Assembly (NCBI GenBank): GCA_963832165.1
Contig: CAWHTE010000009.1
Coordinates: 1-13,001, forward strand
Reading direction: 5' to 3'
Source of the DNA: an uncultured delta proteobacterium
GTDB lineage: Bacteria > Myxococcota_A > UBA9160 > SMWR01
Length of the DNA: 13,001 nt
Notes under the pieces: model-generated
What the model was told of the DNA's origin: nothing
Database searches by the model: none
Seen by the model: only the letters and a program-made list of their open reading frames with translations
Translations under genes and position numbers: made by a program
Shown here: piece after piece, positions 1 to 7,509 of the stretch
How positions within the stretch are numbered: position 1 is the stretch's first letter
How the letters are laid out: every line of letters starts with the position of its first letter

Positions 1-1139
1 TCGGCGTGCTCGGTGATCGCGAGCACGCGGCACCCGCGCGCGCGCGCCGCCGCGACCACCTCCTCGAGCGTCGAGCGCCCGTCGCCCGAGAGATTCGTGT
101 GCACGTGGAAGTCGCCGATCACGTCGCCGATCGGCGCGGGCAGCGAGCCGTCCTCGGCGATGTCGATCTCGCCCACGTCCTCGCGCAGCGCGGGCGGGAT
201 CCACGGCAGGCCGAGCGCAGCGTAGATCTGCTCCTCGGTCTCGCCCGCCACGACGCGCCCGCCTTCGATCTCGGACAGCGCGTACTCGTTCAACGTGAGG
301 CCGCGCGCGAGCGCGCGCTGGCGCAGCTTGATGTTGTGGCCCTTCGAGCCCGTGAAGTAGAGCAGCGCCGCGCCGAGCTGGTGCTCGGCCACGACCCGCA
401 GGTCCACCTGGGTGCCGCTTCGACCCACCACGCTCGTCTTCGACTCACCGCGCGCGAGCACGCGATCGACCCAGCTCATCGAGACGAGCGTCTCCATCAC
501 GGGAGCCGCGTCGCTCGCGGCCACGACGATGTCGACGTCGCCGACCGTCTCCGCGAAGCGCCGCAGCGAGCCGCACCAGGAGGCGTGCGTGACGCCGGGC
601 ACCTCGAGCATGCGCGCGACGATGCGCTGCGCGAGCGGCAGCGCCACCGAGATCGGCGTGCGGCCGACCTCGCCCTGGGCGTCGAGCCGTTTGATCGCGC
701 GCGCGAGCTTCTCCTCCGACTTCGCGCCGAACCCGGCCAGATCGCGCACCTTGTGCTCTGCGAGCGCCGCGCGCAGGTCGTCGATCGATTGCACGCCGAG
801 CTCGGCACGCAGCTTTGCGAGCGCCTTGACCCCGAGACCCTGGATCCGCAGCAGAGCGACGACCTCGGGCGGGTGCTTGCGGCGCAGCGCTTCGAGCTTC
901 TCCACGCGGCCCGACTCGAACAGCTCGCGGATCTTCTCGGCCGTGCCCTTGCCGATGCCCGAGATCTGCTGGAGCTCCTTCAGCGAGAGATGCGCGAGAT
1001 CGCCCGCGTGTGCGGAGACCGCGAGCGCGGCCGACTCGTAGGCGCGCACGCGGAACGAGTTCGGATCGCCCTCGTCGAGCCGTGTCAGCTCCGCGAGGTC
1101 GCGCAGCATGTCGAGCACGTCGTGCTTCGTCTCGGCCAT
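1..1139 (-). CDS. polX: DNA polymerase X family protein with PHP domain (PolX-PHP), 3' end beyond window edge
   Basis: Manual translation from ATG at 1139 (MAETKHDVLDMLRDLAEL...), open to base 1, so absent from the ORF track. Motifs: FRVRAY, HhH motifs GIGKGTAEKI and GLGVK, GFGAKSEEKL, GSLRR, catalytic GDVDIV and VDLR, YFTGSKGHNIKLR, LNEY, PPALRE, then the PHP start GDFHVHT..SGDG and AITEHA. Confidence 0.96.
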   Translation of the reverse strand, partial: MAETKHDVLDMLRDLAELTRLDEGDPNSFRVRAYESAALAVSAHAGDLAHLSLKELQQISGIGKGTAEKIRELFESGRVEKLEALRRKHPPEVVALLRIQGLGVKALAKLRAELGVQSIDDLRAALAEHKVRDLAGFGAKSEEKLARAIKRLDAQGEVGRTPISVALPLAQRIVARMLEVPGVTHASWCGSLRRFAETVGDVDIVVAASDAAPVMETLVSMSWVDRVLARGESKTSVVGRSGTQVDLRVVAEHQLGAALLYFTGSKGHNIKLRQRALARGLTLNEYALSEIEGGRVVAGETEEQIYAALGLPWIPPALREDVGEIDIAEDGSLPAPIGDVIGDFHVHTNLSGDGRSTLEEVVAAARARGCRVLAITEHA

Positions 1140-1163
1140 CTTCGATGGTGTAGCCTCCTCGCC

Positions 1164-2484
1164 GTGGCGGAGAAAGAGGCGCCGGAGATCCTCTCGATCG
1201 ACGGGCGCGAAGTGCGGATCACGAGCCCGGGCAAGCCGTACTTCGCGGCGCAGGCGCGCCTCTCGAAGCTCGACGTCGTGCGCTACTACCTCTCGGTCGC
1301 CGACGGCGCGCTGCGCGGGATCCGCGATCGCCCGATCGTGCTGAAGCGTTTCGTGGACGGCGCCGGGGGCGAAGCGTTCTACCAGAAGCGCGCGCCCTCG
1401 AGCCGGCCCGAGTGGCTGCGCACGGTGACGCTCGCGTTTCCATCCGGGCGCACGGCCGAGGAGGTGGTCGTCGACGACGCCGCGGGGCTGGCCTGGATCG
1501 TGAACCTCGGCTGCATCGAGCTGCATCCGCATCCGGTGCGCACCGCAGCGCTCGAGCAACCCGACGAGCTGCGCGTCGATCTCGATCCGGGACCCGGCGT
1601 CGAATGGGCGGATGTGCGGCGCGTGGCGCTCGAAGTGAGAGCGCTGCTCTCGGACGTCGGCCTCACGGGTTGGCCGAAGACGAGCGGCTCGCGCGGAATG
1701 CACGTGCTCGTGCGCATCGAGCCGCGCTGGTCGTTCACGGAGGTCCGGCGCGCCGCGCTCGCGCTCGCGCGCGAGGTCGAGCGACGTGCTCCCTCGCTCG
1801 CGACCTCGAAGTGGTGGAAGGAGGAGCGCCACGGCGTGTTCCTCGACTACAACCAGAACGCCAAGGACCGCACCACGTGCTCGGCCTACTCGGTGCGCCC
1901 GCTGCCGGATGCGCGCGTGTCGACACCGCTCTCGTGGGACGAGGTGCCGGACTGCGAGCCCGCCGATTTCACCGTGCAGACGGTGCCGCCGCGCTTCGCG
2001 CAGATCGGCGATCGCCACGTCGGGATCGACGCCGCGCCGGGCGTCGCTGGACGGGCTGCTCGAGCTCGCGGCGCGCGACGAGGCGGCGGGTCTCGGCGAC
2101 GCGCCGTGGCCGCCGCACTTCGCGAAGGGCGAACGCGAAGGCGCGCGCGTGGCACCTTCGCGCGCGAAGGGCACTGCCAAGAAGAAGACAGCGACGAAGA
2201 AGTCCACGCGCGCCCGGATGCCGCTCGTGGTCGTCGCGAACTCGCCGGACAAGCAGGCCGCGCTGGCGGGCCTCGAGCGCTGGAAGGCGCGCCATCCCGA
2301 AGTGGCCGAGAAGCTCGCCATCGACGACGTGCTCATCGATTCGATGCGCGGCCGCTCGTCCACCTGGACGCGGATCCGCGTCAACCTGCGCAACGTCCCC
2401 GAGGCGATGCGCCCGCCGCCCGAGCCGCCCGACCCCGACGACGATCCCACGCGCGAATGGCGCAAACGCGGTAGGGCGGATTAG
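1164..2484 (+). CDS. Stand-alone LigD polymerase-domain-like AEP primase-polymerase (Prim-PolC/PolD type); one extra base near 2043
   Basis: From GTG 1164 (VAEKEAPEILSIDGREVRITSP). AEP motifs: LKRF, FYQKRAP, NLGCIELHP, DELRVDLDP (I), KTSGSRGMHV (II), VFLDYNQN (III), AYSVRP, VSTPLSWDE. The reading continues in the +1 frame after ...DAAPG as SLDGLLELAARDE...MRGRSSTWTRIRVNL... to TAG 2482-2484. About 439 aa once corrected. Confidence 0.92.
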
Positions 2485-2504
2485 CGCGAAGCGCGTAATC
2501 CGCC
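2471..2504 (+). repeat. GTAG-family REP-like palindromic element, possibly also a terminator between convergent genes
   Basis: GTAG followed by GGCGGATTA-GCGC-GAA-GCGC-G-TAATCCGCC: a perfect 9-bp outer stem (2475-2483 with 2496-2504) plus an inner GCGC stem. Only one copy in the window. Confidence 0.7.
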
Positions 2505-2510
2505 GCGCCG

Positions 2511-3260
2511 TTACACACCATCCCAGCGGAACGCGCGCACGAGGAACGGCCACACCACCTCGCGCTGCGGGGAGCCGCCCCACGCGCTGCGAAGCTCGGG
2601 AACGATCACTTCGAGCGGATCGAAGCCGCGCTCGTTCCGGAAGCGCTTGAGCGGCGACCAGGTGCCCAGGTAGCCGACCAGGTCGTCGAAGCTCCACCGC
2701 GCGCGCATGTCGAAGGTCGGCACGGTCAGCTCGGGAAACGGAAACTCGACCGTGGCATAACAGTTCTCGACCATTCTGCGCTCGGGCTCCCAGTAGGCGC
2801 CGAGATGGCCCTCGTAGAGATCCATCACGACCGCATCCACTTCGGGGCTGATCCGGGTCAGCTGGTAGCACGACACGGCCAGCACCCCGCCCGGCGCGAG
2901 CACGCGGCGCGCTTCGCGGAAGAATGTCTCGTGCTCGAACCAGTGCAGCGCCTGGGCGACGAACAGCGCGCCCGCGGAGCCGTCGTCGGCGGCGAGCTGC
3001 TCGGCGCGCGACTGGCGGTACTCGACGCGCGGGTGCGCGCGCGCGCTGCGCAGCTGCGCGTCGCTCGGATCGAGGCCGAGCACGCGCTCGAAGTGCTCGG
3101 CCAGCGCGACGGCGGCCTGGCCGTTGCCGGTGCCCACGTCGACCGCGAGCTTCGCGCTCGGCGCTTGCGCTGCGAGCCACGCGAACACCGCGGCGGGATA
3201 GGTGGGCCGGTAGCGCGCGTAGGCGTCGGGCCGCTCGGAGAACAGATCCTTGAATGTCAC
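2511..3260 (-). CDS. Class I SAM-dependent methyltransferase (Methyltransf_11 / trans-aconitate methyltransferase-like), 249 aa
   Basis: GTG 3260 begins TFKDLFSERPDAYARYRPTYP. SAM motif I AVDVGTGNGQAA, then LDPSDAQL, AQALHWF, RVLAPGGVLA, YLGTWS. The start overlaps the ligase stop (GTGA 3260-3257). Confidence 0.92.
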   Translation of the reverse strand: MTFKDLFSERPDAYARYRPTYPAAVFAWLAAQAPSAKLAVDVGTGNGQAAVALAEHFERVLGLDPSDAQLRSARAHPRVEYRQSRAEQLAADDGSAGALFVAQALHWFEHETFFREARRVLAPGGVLAVSCYQLTRISPEVDAVVMDLYEGHLGAYWEPERRMVENCYATVEFPFPELTVPTFDMRARWSFDDLVGYLGTWSPLKRFRNERGFDPLEVIVPELRSAWGGSPQREVVWPFLVRAFRWDGV

Positions 3261-4370
3261 CTCAGCGATCCACCTCGTGAGCTCGCTAGGTCGCTGCGCG
3301 CTTCGCTTGCGAAGATCGCCTCGAGCTCGTGCGGTGCCACGACCTCGAGCTGCGCGTACGTGCACTCGCGCGGGCTCTTGTCGGGGCGCCAGCGGCGGAA
3401 GTGCGCGGTGTGGCGGAAGCGGCTGCCCTGCATGTGGTCGTAGGCGACCTCGACGACGAGCTCGGAGCGCAGCGGCTCCCACGACAGGTCCTTGCCCCCG
3501 CTCCAGCGGCTCTTCGCGCCGGGCATGCGCTGCTCGGACTCTCCACCCGCCCAGTGCTTCCAGGGATGATCGACGAGTGCGCCCTCGCGATAGGGCGCGA
3601 GGAACGAGACCAGCTCGTGGCGCACGGCGTCGCTGAAGCTCGCCGCGACACCCACGTGCTGGAGTGAGCCCGCATCGTCGTAGAGCCCGAGCAGGAGCGA
3701 CCCCACCATCTTCCCGGCGCCGCGCTTGTGCCAGCGGAAGCCCGCCACGACGCAGTCGCACTCGCGCTCGTGCTTGACCTTCAGCATCACGCGTTTGTTC
3801 GCCTGATAGGTGCCGCTCGCGGGCTTGGCCATCACGCCGTCGAGGCCGGCGCCTTCGAAGCGCTCGAACCAGTCGGCCGCGACGCGGCGGTCCGCGGTGA
3901 TGGGCGTCAGATGGAGCGGGGGTTCCGCGTGCGCGAGCAGCTGCTCGAGCGCGCGGCGTCGCTCCGAGAACGGGCGATCGCGCAGGTCCTCGTCTCCACT
4001 CGCAGAGCAGGTCCCAGAACACCACGCTCGCGGGCAGCTCTTTCGCGAGCAGCGACACGCGCGACGCGGCGGGATGGATGCGCATCTGGAGCGCTTCGAA
4101 GTCGAGCCCGCCGTCCGCCGCGATCACGAGCTCGCCGTCGAGCACGCAGCGCGCCGGAAGCTGGTCGAGCAGCGGCTCGCGCAGCTCGGGGAAGTAGCGG
4201 TCGAGCGGCTTCGCCTCGCGGCTCTGCAACAGCAGATCGTCGCCGTCGCGGAACACGAGCACGCGGAACCCGTCCCATTTCGGCTCGAAGATCCAGCCCG
4301 CACCGTCCGGCAGCGCGCCGACGCGCTTGGCGAGCATCGGCAGGACCGGCGGGTTGACGGGAAGCTCCAC
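3257..4370 (-). CDS. ligC: ATP-dependent DNA ligase, LigC type; one extra base near 3998
   Basis: MELPVNPPVLPMLAK, motif I EPKWDGFR, RYFPEL, motif III LDGELVI, RIHPAASRV, FWDLL. After removing one base at ~3998 it reads GDEDLRDRPFSERR...FEGAGLDGVMAKP (IV), MLKVKHER (V), DCVVAGFRWHK, GSLLLGLYD, and the OB fold VVEVAYDHMQGSRFRH..F.RWRPDK. About 370 aa corrected. Confidence 0.93.
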
Positions 4371-4376
4371 GAGCGG

Positions 4377-4382
4377 ATTCTA
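4377..4382 (-). promoter_or_regulatory. Putative -10 element (TAGAAT) for a leaderless ligC transcript
   Basis: Minus strand reads TAGAAT-CCGCTC-GTG(4370): a 5/6 match to TATAAT, 6 nt before the start codon, with no Shine-Dalgarno. Confidence 0.55.
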
Positions 4383-4388
4383 TCGTGC

Positions 4389-4991
4389 GTGTCGCACCGT
4401 GTGTTCCTGCTGTCGCCCGCGAGCAGCACCGGCAAGCGCGCCGAGCAGCTGCTCGCGCGCGGCGCCGCGTTCGAGCTCGCGCGGCGCGTGCGCGACGGCG
4501 GCGCGTCGATCGGCGAGGTGTTCAGCTTCTGCTCCGCGCTCTATTTCCGGGGCAAGCTCACCTACGCGCAGCGCTTCGCGGCCCCGCCGCGCGGCTGCGC
4601 CGGCGTGCTCGTGATCACGGCGGACCGCGGGCTGGTTCCGCCCGACGCCGTGATCACGGCCCGCGACGTGCGCGCGTTTCGGCGTGTCGCGATCGACGCG
4701 GGCGAGCCGCGCTATGCCGGACCGCTCAAGGCCTCGGCCGAGGATCTGCGATCTCGCCTGTCGCGCGGCACCGAGATCGTGCTGCTCGGCAGCATCGCCA
4801 CCCCGAAGTACGTCGACGTGCTCGAGTCCGTGTTCGGGCCGTCGCTGCTCTTTCCGGGCGATTTCGTCGGCCGCGGCGACATGAGCCGCGGCGGGCTGCT
4901 GCTGCGCGCGTCGAAGGCGGGCGTCGAGCTCGGCTACCGCCGCGTGGACGGCGCCACCCGCCACGGCCCGCGCGTGGCTAGGCTCGCGTGA
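4389..4991 (+). CDS. Uncharacterised ~200-aa protein, possibly a distant YaaA/DUF328-like fold
   Basis: Protein-like 3' part of the 3810..4991 ORF starting at GTG 4389 (SHRVFLLSPASSTGKRA; GTG 4401 is an alternative start). Conserved-looking blocks: FSFCSALYFRGKLTYA, VLVITADRGLVPPD, IVLLGSIATPKYVDVL, FPGDFVGRGDMSRGGLLLR. Fills the gap between ligC and the cyclase gene exactly. Confidence 0.8.
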   Translation: MSHRVFLLSPASSTGKRAEQLLARGAAFELARRVRDGGASIGEVFSFCSALYFRGKLTYAQRFAAPPRGCAGVLVITADRGLVPPDAVITARDVRAFRRVAIDAGEPRYAGPLKASAEDLRSRLSRGTEIVLLGSIATPKYVDVLESVFGPSLLFPGDFVGRGDMSRGGLLLRASKAGVELGYRRVDGATRHGPRVARLA

Positions 4992-7145
4992 ACATGCCTG
5001 CTGCGCCCGGCACCTCGAATCGCGCTCTTCGCGCCATCCTGCTGTGCGACCTCGTCGCCAGCACGAAGCTGGTCGAGCGGGTCGGCGACGCGGCGGCTGC
5101 GGATCTGCTGGCGCGGCACGATCGGATCGCGCGCGACCTCTTGTCGACCTTCAACGGCCGCGAAATCGACAAGAGCGACGGATTCCTGCTGCTGTTCGAG
5201 CGGCCGATCGAAGCGGTTCGCTTCGCGATCGCCTACCAGGATGGGCTGCGCGAGCTCGGTGCGGGGCACGATTCGCAAATGGCGTCGCGGGTCGGCATTC
5301 ATCTGGGCGAGGTCCTGCTGCGCGCGAACTCGCCCGAGGACGTGGCGCGCGGCGCGAAGCCTCTCGAGGTGGAGGGACTCGCCAAGGCGATCGCGGCGCG
5401 CGTGATGGGGCTCGCTGGCGACGGGCGCATCCTGCTCACGCGTGCAGCGTACGACCTGGCGCGGCGCGCTGCGGTGGGGATCGAGGAGGAGTCACGGCTG
5501 CGTTGGGCCGTGCATGGGCGCTATTGCCTCGCCGGTATCGAGGATCCCGTCGAGGTGTGCGAGGTCGCCGACACGGGGGAAGCGGACCTGACGCTCCCGC
5601 CCGACTCGGAGAAGGCGCAGCGCGCGGACGATCGAGGCGCGGCCCGCGATGCGGCACCCGCGGAGCCCCTGCTCGCCGTCCTCGCCTTCGACAATCTGTC
5701 GAGCGATCCCGAGATGACGTTCTTCTCGGACGGCGTCAGCGAGGAGATCATCCAGCGCTTGTCACGCGGTGCGAAGCTCAAGGTGATCGGCCGCACGTCG
5801 AGTTTCCAGTTTCGCGGCGAGCGCAAGGCCGAGGCGGCGCAGAGTCTCCATTGCTCCCACGTCCTCGACGGATCGATCCGCCGCGCCGGGGCGCGCGTGC
5901 GGATCAGCGCGCATCTGGTCGATGCGTCATCGCACACCACTCTCTGGTCGGATCGCTACGACCGCGGTCTGGAGGACATCTTCGCTGTCCAGGACGAGAT
6001 CTCCGAGAGCATCGCGGCGGCACTCGACCGGACGTTCTCGAGCACTGCGAAGCCTGCGGTCGATCCGGGCGTCTACGACCTCTATCTCCGCGCCAGCCCC
6101 AAGTCCTATGCACCGGACGAGGTGCGCACTCAGATCGGCCTGCTCGAGGTCGTCACCGAGCGCGCGCCACAATTCGGGGAGGCGTGGGGACGGCTCGCCT
6201 TCTTGCGCGCGTGGCTGCACCTCTATCAACCCTTCGCCGAGCGCCCCGCAAGTGCCGCGCAGGTCGCGCGCGAGGCGGACCGCGCGCTGGCGCTCGATCC
6301 GCAGAACGTCGATGCGATGACGGCGCAGCTCTTCGCCGTGCCGCCGTTCGGGCGGTTCGTCGAGGCCGACGCGATCCTCGAGCGCATCCTGCGAACGGCC
6401 GTTTCGGCCGACCGGCGCCGGTATGCCGGCTGGTACCTCCGGACGATCGGCCGGGTTCGCGAGAGTCTGGAGGAGGCGGAGCGCGCCTATCGCCTGGACG
6501 CACTGGATCCGATGACCGCAAATCTCGTCGCGCTCGCGAGGATGGCCGCGGGACGCGTCGACGAGGCAGTGCCCGTCTACGCGGACCTCGTCGAGCGGAT
6601 GCCCGACATGAGCTTCCCCGTCTCGAGCCTGCTGCGGTGTTATGCGTTCCAGGAGGACTGGGCGGCGGTCGACCGACTGTTGGAGCTCGCCGCCAGGCGT
6701 CAGCTGCGCGAATTCCAGGAGGGCCTGCCGTTCATCCGGACCAAACGCGACCCCACGCCGCAGAACATCGGGGCTTGGCGGAGCACGCTCGAAGCGCAAG
6801 TCGAGAGGACGGGGCGTGTCGACGTCTCGCGCCTGGTGTACTCGGCGCATCTGGGCCTCGTCGAGGAGGCCTACCGGGCGGCCGAGACCGCGCGCCTGGG
6901 ACCGGCTGGAACGAGCGACGACATGATGGGCCCGGACGGCTATCGCACGTCGCTCCTGTTCCAGGCGGGAATGCCCGAGCTGCGCAACGACCCGCGCTTC
7001 GCACGCCTGTGCGCGCGGCTGGGGCTCGTCGAGTTCTGGATCGCGACCGGCAAGTGGCCCGATTGCGCGAACGAAGTCCCCTACGATTTCAGAGCCGAGT
7101 GCGCGAAGGTGCAGAGACGTCCCGATAGAAGGGTTCGAACTCTGA
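4988..7145 (+). CDS. Class III adenylate/guanylate cyclase-like domain + TolB-N-like domain + TPR-like helical region
   Basis: AILLCDLVAST, IDKSDGFLLLF, RVGIHLGEV, AARVMGLA..GRILLT (cyclase fold); LAVLAFDNLSSDPEMTFFSDGVSEEII, VIGRTSSF, VLDGSIRR, WSDRYDR..EDIFAVQDEI (TolB-like); ALALDP and RLDALDP TPR-like repeats. Start GTG 4988 or ATG 4994. The uncorrected ORF runs to 7318; removing one base at ~7115 gives the ending AKVQDVPIEGFEL with TGA at 7143-7145 (inferred). Confidence 0.88.
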
Positions 7146-7160
7146 CGCGGCGAGGCCGTG

Positions 7161-7496
7161 CTAACCAGTTCGACAGCCGATCGCCGACCCAGCGCTGTGC
7201 CCAGCGCGAGAGCGGCTCGAGCGCGCGGCACAGCTCGCGTCCGGCCCGGTGGTGGCGTAGCCGGCGCTCGTGCTCTCGAGGAGGCCCGCGTCGCGCAGCT
7301 CGGCGAGGCGCGTGTTGAGTACAGCCGGCGACACGTCGCCGCACGCCGTGCGCAGCGCGCGGAACGGCAGCGCGCCCGCGCGCAGCTCCCAGAGGATGCG
7401 CAGCGCCCAGCGCCTCCCGAGCAGGTCGAGCGCGGCCATGATCGGGCGGCCGGTCTGCGAGCCGCGCACGCGCCGGCCGGGTCGCGGAGTGGGCAT
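7161..7496 (-). CDS. HxlR/DUF24-family winged-helix transcriptional regulator; probable missing base at ~7243-7249, true 3' end uncertain (7081 if corrected)
   Basis: RPIMAALDLLGRRWALRILWELRAGALPFRAL..VSPAVLNTRLAELRDAGLL..GY. The family-typical tail GRELCRALEPLSRWAQRW lies in the adjacent frame (ORF 7081..7521). Confidence 0.88.
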   Translation of the reverse strand: MPTPRPGRRVRGSQTGRPIMAALDLLGRRWALRILWELRAGALPFRALRTACGDVSPAVLNTRLAELRDAGLLESTSAGYATTGPDASCAARSSRSRAGHSAGSAIGCRTG

Positions 7497-7509
7497 GGGT
7501 GGTCTCCGG

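Noticed and set aside
6..2474. 822-aa ORF as a single large protein
   Set aside because: The first ~386 codons are the antisense shadow of polX and the last ~143 are out-of-frame read-through after the 2043 indel. Only 1164-2042 is real coding sequence in this frame.
2511..4370. Novel ligase-methyltransferase fusion protein (619 aa)
   Set aside because: The middle part is Arg/Ala-rich junk while the true ligase C-terminal half is in another frame. The methyltransferase has its own GTG start overlapping the ligase stop.
3810..4388. N-terminal half of the 393-aa ORF
   Set aside because: Antisense to ligC; protein-like sequence starts only at GTG 4389.
4988..7500. RiPP cluster implied by the cyclase subfamily
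   Set aside because: No nitrile-hydratase-leader-like precursor, dehydrogenase or other maturation enzyme is recognisable in the window.
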